This document shows, piece after piece, positions 1 through 8,875 of a DNA stretch of 64,000 nucleotides. Source of the stretch: Phycisphaerae bacterium (GTDB lineage Bacteria > Planctomycetota > Phycisphaerae > UBA1845); NCBI GenBank assembly GCA_963666835.2, contig CAXXGO010000005.1, positions 160,001 to 224,000 of the forward strand, read 5' to 3'. Every line of letters starts with the position of its first letter. The stretch's first letter is position 1. Position numbers and translations under genes: made by a program. Below the pieces are notes generated by a model. It saw only the letters and a program-made list of their open reading frames with translations. It was not told the origin of the DNA and did no database searches.

Positions 1-699
1 ATCGACATTGCACGTGCCGGACTTGTCGCCTCCGACTTTGCCGAAACCGCGGTAGCCGACGTTGATTGAGGTCAGCTCGAGTCTGAGTTCATCTCGCACT
101 GCGGTAGGTATCGTGACTTCGATGACCACCTCGTCGACCGGAATAATCGGCGTCCAAAGCTCGCCGTGCTCCTCGTTGTCTGCTGGAGTGAACGGCCGGA
201 TGACTTTGCTGAAGTCCGAAGCGTAGATGAACATCTGCCCGCCTTCAGGCATGTGATACTGCGCGAAGCCGAGATTCAGCGATTTCGCTCCCGGCGAGGA
301 GACCTTCATCCGCCAAACGAGGGTGTCTGCAGCGACTTTCTCCCAGATACCGTTACGGTCCGGGGTCATGCTCACTGCGTTCGGGATAGCGAACCGCGGG
401 GCGAGCCCGGCCCGCTCGCGTTGCTCATCCTCAAGTGCTACCGCCTGGAGGTCTGCCGGCGATGCGTGCGCGACGGGCACCGAGTTCTGTTCGATCAAAA
501 CGTTAGCTTGAGTCAGTGCGGTGGGTTGGTTTCGGTCGATGATCGTCCGAACCGATGTCGCCGGATCCTGCTCTTGCCCGGCTGTCGCCACCGGCGGGCG
601 AGACAGCACAAGGAAGGCGGACGCTGCCAACCCGGTCACCAGCAGCGCAAGCCCGCGCGAACGGACTGTCCACCTCGATACTCTATTCCATCTTCCCAT
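1..699 (-). CDS. Secreted lysyl-endopeptidase-like serine protease (S1 family), N-terminal part only; runs off the window start
   Basis: Manual translation (absent from ORF track): MGRWNRVSRW...LALLVTGLAASAFLVL signal region, then ...DNEEHGELWTPIIPVDEVVIEV...INVGYRGFGKVGGDKSGTCNVD, matching the pro-domain/mature junction (SGxCNxDV) of Achromobacter protease I-like enzymes; AGGAGG upstream of ATG at 699. Confidence 0.7.
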   Translation of the reverse strand, partial: MGRWNRVSRWTVRSRGLALLVTGLAASAFLVLSRPPVATAGQEQDPATSVRTIIDRNQPTALTQANVLIEQNSVPVAHASPADLQAVALEDEQRERAGLAPRFAIPNAVSMTPDRNGIWEKVAADTLVWRMKVSSPGAKSLNLGFAQYHMPEGGQMFIYASDFSKVIRPFTPADNEEHGELWTPIIPVDEVVIEVTIPTAVRDELRLELTSINVGYRGFGKVGGDKSGTCNVD

Positions 700-1268
700 T
701 CCTCGATCCTCCTATGATTGGTGTGTCGCCTGACAACGTGACACGCTCGCAAAAGCGGCGCAGCCGAACGACTCGGCTCCGTCACACACAAAAAGGTCGG
801 TACTGCGCCGTAGCGAATCTCGGAGCAGCGAAGAAGCTGATGCCTGACCAGAAGAGGGTTCCACAACATCACCAAGGTAGCAGGGCTCGGAGGCGAATTC
901 AAGGTTGATTTCGCCGAGGATGAGTGGTGGGCGCAGCGTGGCGGTGCTTGCGAACCCGCCGTGTCGACGAGCATCCGCGAATGCCGCAGCCACATTGTGA
1001 CCTCGGATTCCCGCGCGCGAAGTCACATTGGCGATGCCGGATTCGCCCGGCGCCTTGCGTTTCTGCGTGACGTTCACCAATCGTGTAGACATCTGCCGCT
1101 TGCGGGTATTCCCGGACTTTGCTCAGCTCTGGTTACTTCTGACGTACGTGCCGTCGGGTTTCCGTACTCGGTCACACGCAAAGGTCGTTAAATCGGCATC
1201 GTCTGTACCGAGTTCTCTACGGTTGCGAATGGCTGTACTGATTGGTGCATCGGTGGCGTAGCGGTGTG

Positions 1269-2555
1269 CTAGGGTGGGGCGGAGCGCGTGGTGGACGCCG
1301 GGTTCGGCGGACGCCGGCTACCAGTTCCACCGGTCTGTCCGGCCACGATGGCGGATGGTACGGGAAACGGCGATAGCGCACGTTCCAGAATGCCCAGGCA
1401 GCGCGCGATCGTCAGACCGTAGTTCGTCATCGGTACGCCGGCCTGCCGGCATCGTTCGAGCCGGCTGAGCACGGAACGGCGATTGTGGACGCACGCTCCG
1501 CAATGAATGACCAGTTTGTAGGTGTCCAGGTCCGCCGGGAAGTCATGCCCTTGCACGTGGGTGATGTCGAGCTTGCCGCCGACGTACTGCGCGAGCCAGT
1601 GGGGGATCTTCTCGCGCCCGATGTCATCGGCAATCGGATGATGTGTGCAAGCCTCCGCGATTAATACGCGGTCGCCGCTTCGCAGATTGTCAATGGCCAG
1701 GGCTCCGTGAGTGAAGGACGCCAAATCACCCTTGAAACGCGCAAACAGAATGGAAAACGACGTCATGGGCACCTGGGGAGGGGTATCTTCGTGGACCTTC
1801 AGAAACGCCTGGGAGTCCGTTACCACCAAGTCCGGTGGCTGCTTCAGCCGGTTGAAGGCGTCGCGCAGCTCGTGCTCTTTCACAACCAGCGCGTACGCAT
1901 CGTTATCCAGTAGATTACGTATGGACTGCACTTGCGGTAGAATCAACCTACCCTTGGGCGCTTCCTTATCGATTGGGACGACAAGAACCACGAGTCCGCC
2001 GGCCGGCACGAGATCTCCCAGGATCGTAGGTGTGTTGATGAACTCGTCGGGCACGATGCCGATCAACGCTTGCCGTAAGTCGTCCACGCCGTGCCGAGTG
2101 TTGGCGTTGGTTTCCACGACCGCGACCCCCTCATCCTGAAGTCGTTGCCGCAGCGCTGCGTCCGGTGCTCCCAGGTCGGACTTGTTGAAGACCACTATTG
2201 TAGGCGTGGCACGCTCCTGCAACTCTGCAAGAAGCTGTTGCTCGAACGCGCTCCACGCACCGGCGGAGACGACGAGCAAGGCCACTTCCGTACGATCGAT
2301 GACTCGCCGCGAACGCTCTACGCGTTGGGTTCCTAATGCGCCGACGTCATCGATGCCGGCCGTGTCGATGAACAGCACCGGTCCGATCGGCAGTAGTTCC
2401 ATGGGCTTCTCGACGGGATCTGTGGTTGTACCGGCGACCTCGGAGACGATCGATACCGACTGCCGCGTCAGCGCGTTGAGCAACGACGACTTGCCGACGT
2501 TACGCCGTCCAAACAAAGCGATGTGGAGTCGCATTCCTTTTGGAGCCGGCTGCAT
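1269..2555 (-). CDS. hydF: [FeFe]-hydrogenase H-cluster maturation GTPase HydF
   Basis: GRRNVGKSS P-loop, DTAG, NKSD, and the Fe-S motifs EACTHH and HCGAC. Confidence 0.96.
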   Translation of the reverse strand: MQPAPKGMRLHIALFGRRNVGKSSLLNALTRQSVSIVSEVAGTTTDPVEKPMELLPIGPVLFIDTAGIDDVGALGTQRVERSRRVIDRTEVALLVVSAGAWSAFEQQLLAELQERATPTIVVFNKSDLGAPDAALRQRLQDEGVAVVETNANTRHGVDDLRQALIGIVPDEFINTPTILGDLVPAGGLVVLVVPIDKEAPKGRLILPQVQSIRNLLDNDAYALVVKEHELRDAFNRLKQPPDLVVTDSQAFLKVHEDTPPQVPMTSFSILFARFKGDLASFTHGALAIDNLRSGDRVLIAEACTHHPIADDIGREKIPHWLAQYVGGKLDITHVQGHDFPADLDTYKLVIHCGACVHNRRSVLSRLERCRQAGVPMTNYGLTIARCLGILERALSPFPVPSAIVAGQTGGTGSRRPPNPASTTRSAPP

Positions 2556-2624
2556 TATGTGTTTCTCCTAGGTGTTACGCCGCGCGCAAAGGTGCGGGGC
2601 CAATCCACGTTATTCGCCGTATCT

Positions 2625-2670
2625 GCACTGCTCAAGAGCAGTGGCACACCTGAAGACCTTGGTGTGACGT
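2625..2670. repeat. REP-like palindrome family 1 (GCACTGCTCRAGAGCAGTGGCRCACCTG), copy 1
   Basis: Near-identical copies at 36512-36539 and 38140-38185; core palindrome CACTGCTC-AA/GA-GAGCAGTG; intergenic. Confidence 0.75.
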
Positions 2671-2674
2671 AGCA

Positions 2675-4105
2675 TTAGAGGTACAGGTCCCGAGCGTCGG
2701 TCTCCTTGATCTGCCGCAGCCGGCTGGCCACGGCTACACGCTGCTTTTCGTCGTCGATTCCCGCCAGCTCTGCAGCGATTAGCCGATCGGCGGCCGCCTG
2801 GGTCTCTGGCGATGCGTAGTCCATCAGGTATTCCTGCAGCGTCGTCAGGGCATTGGGTGTGCAGAACTGTTGGATGAAACCGGGAATCGCATACTCCATA
2901 AAGTGCTCGCCGGTTCGGCCCAGTCGATAGCACGCGGTGCAGAAGCTCGGAATGTAGCCGTCCTCGAGCAACTCGCGCATGACTTCGTCCAGTGAGCGGA
3001 CGTCGGCGATTTGGAACTGGCTTCGCTCCGGTTTGGGGGGCTGTTGCATCGCCGTATACCCACCCAGCTCGATTCGCGTCCCGGCGTCGATCTGGGAGAC
3101 GCCGAATGCCAGCACTTCGCGCCGCAGTTCCGCTCTTTCACGTGCGGTCAGGATCAATCCGGTGTACGGAACCGCCAGCCGCAGCGTGGCTACAATACGT
3201 TTGAAGTCAAAATCACTCACCTCGTAACGCCGGTCGAACTCGACGCCCTGAGCGGGGCGGATGCGGGGGAAGCTGATCGTGTGCGGGCCCACACCGAACC
3301 GTGTGCCTAGGTGACGGGCATGCGTCACAAGACCGAGCACCTCGAATCGCCAATCGTACAAGCCGAACAGTACGCCGATGCCCACATCGTCAATCCCGGC
3401 CTCCTGAGCCCGATTCAATGCGTCCAGCCGGTAGAGGTAATCGCCTTTACGCGTGTCGGTGGGGTGGTAGTGCGTATACGTTTGCGGGTGATAGGTTTCT
3501 TGAAACACCTGGTAAGTGCCGATCCCGGCCTCGTGCACAATACGGTAGCCCTCGACATCGAGCGGAGCGGCGTTGATGTTCACCCGGCGGATCTCACCGT
3601 GCCCGACCTTGGTGTCGTAGACCGCACGGACACACTCAGCAATGCCCTGCGGGTTGTATCTGGGGTGCTCTCCAAAAACGAGGATCAACCGCTTGTGCCC
3701 TTGCTGTTCGAGAGCCCGCACCTGTTGGCGGACTTCATCCGGCTCCAGTGTGCGTCGGTCGACATCCGGGTTCGAACGCCTAAAGGCGCAGTACCGGCAA
3801 TCGTTGGCGCACAGATTGCCCACGTATAACGGGGCGAACAGCACGATACGATTACCGTAGACGTCCCGCTTCAGCCGGCGGGCCGCTTCGAAGGTCTCTT
3901 CGATCGATTCCGGATTCCGGATGCGAAGCAACGCCGCGGTTTCCTGTTCGTTTAAGGCCTCTTTGGACAGGCTCTTCGCGATAATCGCGCGTACTTCGGC
4001 CGCGTCCGGCGGTGCTAGGGTTAGCAGATGGCTGAGCCGCGCGGCGTCGATGAAGTTGGTTGCGCCTTCGCTGAGCGTCATATCGGGTAATTTTCTCATG
4101 GTCAT
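2675..4105 (-). CDS. hydG: [FeFe]-hydrogenase radical SAM maturase HydG
   Basis: CANDCRYC radical SAM motif, YQVFQETYH, C-terminal CTAC-x22-C auxiliary cluster motif; ATG at 4105 overlaps the hydE stop (ATGA). Confidence 0.96.
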   Translation of the reverse strand: MTMRKLPDMTLSEGATNFIDAARLSHLLTLAPPDAAEVRAIIAKSLSKEALNEQETAALLRIRNPESIEETFEAARRLKRDVYGNRIVLFAPLYVGNLCANDCRYCAFRRSNPDVDRRTLEPDEVRQQVRALEQQGHKRLILVFGEHPRYNPQGIAECVRAVYDTKVGHGEIRRVNINAAPLDVEGYRIVHEAGIGTYQVFQETYHPQTYTHYHPTDTRKGDYLYRLDALNRAQEAGIDDVGIGVLFGLYDWRFEVLGLVTHARHLGTRFGVGPHTISFPRIRPAQGVEFDRRYEVSDFDFKRIVATLRLAVPYTGLILTARERAELRREVLAFGVSQIDAGTRIELGGYTAMQQPPKPERSQFQIADVRSLDEVMRELLEDGYIPSFCTACYRLGRTGEHFMEYAIPGFIQQFCTPNALTTLQEYLMDYASPETQAAADRLIAAELAGIDDEKQRVAVASRLRQIKETDARDLYL

Positions 4106-5184
4106 GCCCACCTCGCTTTGGGTAACGCCGTATCATTGTGGGTGCGGCGGTGCATGTTGGGTGCGTCGCCTCGTCCGACTCCGACGGTTCGCCCCAGGGC
4201 TGCGATCCGCTCGCGGAGTAGAGCCAGGGTTGCCGGTGAGTCATCGTAATTGCAGGCCTTCTCCGGGTAGATCTGATACTGTTCGCGATACTCCTCCGGA
4301 GTCAGGTTTGGCATGATTACGTTTGCTCCGCGCTGTAACGCGAGCATCTGGCCATCGATGCCGTATAGCGTCGCCACGGCCGTCGTACTGGGGATGTTCG
4401 CCAGCGGGCATAAAAGCCGGGTGAGTGCCATTACGATGTAGGTGGTGCTCGCCGTATTGGGTACTTGTTCGGCCGGGGGGGGCGCATGTTCCCCAGCCGT
4501 GCCCAACGGAGTTTCGGGGTGCGGTACGAAAGGGCCGACCCCGATCATGTCCAAATCCAATTCGCGAAAGAGCGCGAGGTCCCGGGCGAGATCCGCGTAG
4601 GTCTGCCCGGGGATACCGATCATCACGCCGCTACCGGTTTCATACCCCAGCTCACGCAGGAGCCGCAGCAATGCCAAGCGATCATTAGGACCGCCCGGTC
4701 GCGGCGGATGGATGCGTTTCAGCAGTTGGCGGTTAGAGGTCTCAAAGCGCAGCAGGTACCGATCGGCACCTACGACGCGCCATGCCGCAAGTTCATCCGG
4801 TAGACGTTCCCCCAGACTCAGTGTAATCGCCAGAGTTGTCTCTGCTTTGATCCGCCGGATCACGTCCGCGACCCATTCGCGGTCGAGCACCGGATCTTCG
4901 CCGGCCTGCAGCACGACCGTGCCGAATCCCAGCGCAACTGTCCGGCGGGCGCAGGTGACGACCTCATCCGCGGTCATTCGGTAGCGGTTGACTTTGCGGT
5001 TCGGAGCCCTGAGACCGCAATACTCGCACAGCCGTGTGCACCAGTTGGAAACCTCGATCAACCCGCGCAGATGGACGGCCTCGCCGACATGCTCTCTGCG
5101 GACGGCTTCGGCCCGCTGCCAGAGCGTGCCCAGCCGCGAGGTGTCGGTTTCGTGCAGCCAATGGAGCAGCTCGCTATGCGTCAT
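4102..5184 (-). CDS. hydE: [FeFe]-hydrogenase radical SAM maturase HydE
   Basis: RGLIEVSNWCTRLCEYCGLR, ADRYLLRFET, GANVIMPNLTP, Y.IYP.K; start placed at MTHSELL. Confidence 0.94.
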   Translation of the reverse strand: MTHSELLHWLHETDTSRLGTLWQRAEAVRREHVGEAVHLRGLIEVSNWCTRLCEYCGLRAPNRKVNRYRMTADEVVTCARRTVALGFGTVVLQAGEDPVLDREWVADVIRRIKAETTLAITLSLGERLPDELAAWRVVGADRYLLRFETSNRQLLKRIHPPRPGGPNDRLALLRLLRELGYETGSGVMIGIPGQTYADLARDLALFRELDLDMIGVGPFVPHPETPLGTAGEHAPPPAEQVPNTASTTYIVMALTRLLCPLANIPSTTAVATLYGIDGQMLALQRGANVIMPNLTPEEYREQYQIYPEKACNYDDSPATLALLRERIAALGRTVGVGRGDAPNMHRRTHNDTALPKARWA

Positions 5185-6325
5185 TCTCAGACTCCGCCGG
5201 AGCCGTATGCCTATTAAGAAGCACTGTGAAGCTGCTGCCGACATCCGCCTCACTCTCGACCGACACACGCCCTCGATACAGCTCGGCGATCTTCTTCACA
5301 ATCGCCAGCCCAAGCCCACTGCCCGGGATGTCGCGTGTCTTCTCGTTCTTGATGCGCGAGAAGTCCTGGAATAGCCGGTCCGCTTCGTCGGGAGCCATAC
5401 CGATTCCGGTGTCCCTAACGACGATTGTGATCGTCTCGTCGTCGCTGTCGAGGGTGACGGTTACGGTGCCGTTGTCGCGATTGTACTTGACGGCATTCGA
5501 CACGAGGTTGTCCAGCACGATGTCGATCTCGCCCTGGTCGGCCTCCATCGTGATGGCGCCGGCGTGTTCAATTGCGAGCTTGATTCCGCGCTCGTCGGCC
5601 CGGGGCTTGACGCCTTCGACGGCAGCCAAAGCTGCGGCGTGTACGTCGACCGTGCTGAACTCGCGCTTTTTCTGGCCTGATTCTATGCGCGTCATATCGA
5701 GCAAGTCGGCAATGAGTTTGCGCATTCCCCCGGCGCGGATGAGCGAGCGTTTTATCATTTGGTCGTACGCCCCGATTTCGGCGCCGGCAACCCGCTCCTG
5801 CATCAGGTTAAGGTAGCTCTCGATCGCCCCGAGCGGGCTTTTCAACTCGTGTCCCAACACGCGAATGAAATCGAACCGCACGCGCCGCTTCTCTTCCGCC
5901 AGCTCGTGCGCCCGCCGCTTCACCATCAGGTGCGCCGCCGCCTTATCTACCGTTTCCTTCAGCTCTTCCGGAGTAAAGGGCTTGGTGAGAAAGTCAAAAG
6001 CTCCGGATTTCGTCGCCCGCACGGCGGTCTCGATCGTTGCGAAGGCGGTAATCATAATGACGAGCATGTCCGGCTCGCGCGGGCGGAGCTGATCGAGCAC
6101 GTCTACCCCCGTTATGCCGCCCAGTTTGTGGTCCAGTAGCATCAGATCAAACGTCTGCTCGGCGAGGATCTCAAGCGCCTTTTCTCCACTGTCGGCCTCG
6201 GTGAACTCGAAACCGACCTCGCTTTCGATTTCCGGCAGGCGTACGGTGTGATTAACGAGCCCGCGCTTGATGCTGTGCCGCATCCCCGGCTCGTCGTCCA
6301 CCACGAATACGCGCAGCTTGTTCAT
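5174..6325 (-). CDS. Hybrid receiver-histidine kinase (REC-HisKA-HATPase_c), cytoplasmic
   Basis: VVDDE...LLDHKL...KPF receiver; HELKSPL H-box; NAVKY, DTGIG and GSGLGL boxes. Confidence 0.92.
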   Translation of the reverse strand: MNKLRVFVVDDEPGMRHSIKRGLVNHTVRLPEIESEVGFEFTEADSGEKALEILAEQTFDLMLLDHKLGGITGVDVLDQLRPREPDMLVIMITAFATIETAVRATKSGAFDFLTKPFTPEELKETVDKAAAHLMVKRRAHELAEEKRRVRFDFIRVLGHELKSPLGAIESYLNLMQERVAGAEIGAYDQMIKRSLIRAGGMRKLIADLLDMTRIESGQKKREFSTVDVHAAALAAVEGVKPRADERGIKLAIEHAGAITMEADQGEIDIVLDNLVSNAVKYNRDNGTVTVTLDSDDETITIVVRDTGIGMAPDEADRLFQDFSRIKNEKTRDIPGSGLGLAIVKKIAELYRGRVSVESEADVGSSFTVLLNRHTAPAESENDA

Positions 6326-6329
6326 GCCG

Positions 6330-6716
6330 TTACTCCTTCAGGAGCCGGTCCAGCTCGCGCCACAACTGTTCGGAGCGCACCGGCTTGGCCAGCAAGGCAT
6401 CCGCCTTAATCCACGACCGATCGCCGCCGGACGCTCCGCCGAAATCCAGCCCGGTTTCGCTGGTGACGGCGGTCACCATTATCACCGGGATCGAGGCATC
6501 AAGCCTTTTGATGTGGTGGCATAGGGAGAATCCGCCGTCGACTTCTTCCATCATCAGGTCGATAACCGCGACGTCCGGTCGCCAATCGCTTAGCCTGGCC
6601 TTCGCCTCGGCGACGCCTTCGGCGGTCGTTACTTCGTACCCGGCGCTCTCGAGCAACGTCTGCGTGCTCAGCACAAAGTCCGGATCGTCATCGACCAGCA
6701 GTACGTGTTTGCTCAT
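6330..6716 (-). CDS. Stand-alone response regulator receiver domain
   Basis: LLVDDD...IDLMM...MVTA...KP; 128 aa with no output domain. Confidence 0.92.
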   Translation of the reverse strand: MSKHVLLVDDDPDFVLSTQTLLESAGYEVTTAEGVAEAKARLSDWRPDVAVIDLMMEEVDGGFSLCHHIKRLDASIPVIMVTAVTSETGLDFGGASGGDRSWIKADALLAKPVRSEQLWRELDRLLKE

Positions 6717-6806
6717 CCGTTCAAACCTCGCAAAACGGCCAACCGGCGACCTCGAGTGGTTTCACCGGGTTCTGTCCTTGTGGTGTCCATGCCATGTTTG
6801 AATCCA

Positions 6807-8822
6807 CTACTTCTCGTCCAACTGCACGCGACGGATTTGAGGTAGCGTTACATAGAACGTCGTTCCCGTCGGTCCCTGATTCGGATCAGTGTTTGACTCA
6901 AACCGAATGTCCCCATGATGCATCTTCACGATCCCGTAGATGACGGAGAGGCCCAAGCCCGTGCCCTCACCCGCCTTCTTGGTGGTGAAGAACGGCTCGA
7001 ATACCCTCGTCCGGTTCTTCTCCGGAATGCCCACGCCGGTGTCGGACACGCTAAACCATGCGTCGGGACCCTTCTTGCCGCAACGAAACGTCAACGTGCC
7101 CCCGCCCGGCATAGCTGCTACTGCGTTTGTTGCCAGGTTGGTTAGTACCTGCACGAGTTGATCGCTATCGACCTCGATCCGCACGTTCTTCTCGTCGTGC
7201 TCGATCTGAACGGCGACCCCCTCAGGCTTCTTGAGCGACCGCACGGCACGCTCGATCAGCTCCACGAGATCGCAGTCCCGCGCTTCCACCTTGTTCTTGC
7301 GGGCGAAGTGCAGCAGTCCCGCCACGATCTTCTTGCAGCGGTCCGCCTCACCGGCGATCATCGCCAGGTCTTCGCGCTGGGGGTCGTCTTGCTTGGTCTC
7401 GTCGAGCAGGATGTGCGACAACATCAAGACCGTGCCCAGCGGGTTATTAACTTCATGCGCGATGCCTGCCGCCAGTTGCCCCATACTCGCGAGCTTCTCC
7501 GACTGCATCAAGGCTTCCTGCGTCGATGCGAGCTGCTCGTTCGAGAAGGTCAGCTCACCACAGGTGCGTTTGAGCTCCTCTATGGTATACGGCAGGCACA
7601 TCTCACTCTCGGCTAGTCCGCGGTAGATCGCGATTGCGTGCTCGCGGCATGTTACATAACCGCAAGCACCGCAGTTCAATTCATCTTCCGGGGCGAATTT
7701 GCCCATTCGCCGCAGAATCCGCCGCACGCCTTCTTCGGATGGTTTATCAATGCGTTGGTCGTTTGCGATGTAGCGGCGGGTGAGGTCACAGCTCAGGCAA
7801 TCCGCCAGGTCGCGCTTCCAACGGGCGCGATCCAGCGTAGCCATGCGTTGTCGCACGAAACGGCTGACCAGGGCGCGCCGCCGGAATAGCGGAGCCTTCG
7901 AGCTGAAGCCCGGACCCATGATGCAGCCGTTGCAGCAAAGACATTCCAACAGTTGCACATCGAGGTCGCCGGACTCGAACTCGCGGATTGCCTCGACAAA
8001 CTCCTGGTGTCCGTCCGCCGCTACCACCTCGCCGGCCATGAGGTCTTCGCCGATCTCGGCCGCCTGCAACATCCCCCGGCTGATCGGAAACAGACCGCCG
8101 TGCGCACCGTGCGGGGGATCGAAATCAGAGGGCTCGACTTGATCGGGAGTGACGCCGGTCAGCTCGAACAACTGCCGCAACTCGATGAAGGTCATCACCG
8201 CGTTCACCTCACCGACGACCGGATCGCTGGAGGATTCACCCTTCTTCGCAATGCACGGCCCGATGAAGACAATCTGGAGCTCGTTACCGTGTCGCCGGTG
8301 GAGCGCCCGAGCGGTCGCGACCATGGGGGAGACGATCGGCGCTAACGCGTTAACCAGGCTGGGGTGATAGCGTTCGACATAACCAACGATGGCCGGGCAG
8401 CTTGTCGCGATGTAGCGCTGCTCGGGATCGCGCTCGAGAAGATGGCGGTACTCTACCGCCACCAGGTCCGCTCCGAAGGCCACCTCGTTTACCAGGTCAA
8501 AGCCCAGTTCCCGTAGCATCCCGACGAACACGCGAAAGTCCATGTCGACGAAATCGGCGGGGAAGCTCGGCGCGACGATGGCCGCCACGCGTGCCTCACT
8601 TTTCAAAAGAGCACGGATGTAGCCCAAATCGCTTGCGACGAGCTTGGCGTTCTGGCTGCATACCCGCACACAGTTGCCGCACCCGATGCAACGGTCCGGA
8701 ATGACCTCTGCCTGCTGATCTACGATGCGGATCGCCTTGGCAGGGCACTCGCGCACACACGTGTAGCAGACGCGGCAGCGTTCTTTGATCGTAGAAACCA
8801 GTGGTGCGTTGGCCGGCTTCAC
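6807..8822 (-). CDS. Sensory (group C-type) [FeFe]-hydrogenase domain fused to a histidine kinase
   Basis: N-terminal 2x[4Fe-4S] (CRVCYTCVRECP; CIGCGNCVRVC); variant H-cluster motifs ATSCPAI, GPCIAKKGE, ECLCCNGCIMGPG; LNCGACGYVTC Fe-S domain; AHEVNNPL H-box and DTGVG/GTGLGL. Confidence 0.9.
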   Translation of the reverse strand: MKPANAPLVSTIKERCRVCYTCVRECPAKAIRIVDQQAEVIPDRCIGCGNCVRVCSQNAKLVASDLGYIRALLKSEARVAAIVAPSFPADFVDMDFRVFVGMLRELGFDLVNEVAFGADLVAVEYRHLLERDPEQRYIATSCPAIVGYVERYHPSLVNALAPIVSPMVATARALHRRHGNELQIVFIGPCIAKKGESSSDPVVGEVNAVMTFIELRQLFELTGVTPDQVEPSDFDPPHGAHGGLFPISRGMLQAAEIGEDLMAGEVVAADGHQEFVEAIREFESGDLDVQLLECLCCNGCIMGPGFSSKAPLFRRRALVSRFVRQRMATLDRARWKRDLADCLSCDLTRRYIANDQRIDKPSEEGVRRILRRMGKFAPEDELNCGACGYVTCREHAIAIYRGLAESEMCLPYTIEELKRTCGELTFSNEQLASTQEALMQSEKLASMGQLAAGIAHEVNNPLGTVLMLSHILLDETKQDDPQREDLAMIAGEADRCKKIVAGLLHFARKNKVEARDCDLVELIERAVRSLKKPEGVAVQIEHDEKNVRIEVDSDQLVQVLTNLATNAVAAMPGGGTLTFRCGKKGPDAWFSVSDTGVGIPEKNRTRVFEPFFTTKKAGEGTGLGLSVIYGIVKMHHGDIRFESNTDPNQGPTGTTFYVTLPQIRRVQLDEK

Positions 8823-8875
8823 CGTCTGCTCTCCAACATTCCTGATCCGAGCTCCGTATCCCTGCGAGCCCGCCC

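Noticed and set aside
720..1260. c-di-GMP-I riboswitch or small CDS upstream of the lysyl endopeptidase
   Set aside because: Only isolated GCAAA/ACGCAA words are present, without the GNRA-tetraloop/receptor arrangement; the ORFs have no motif support.
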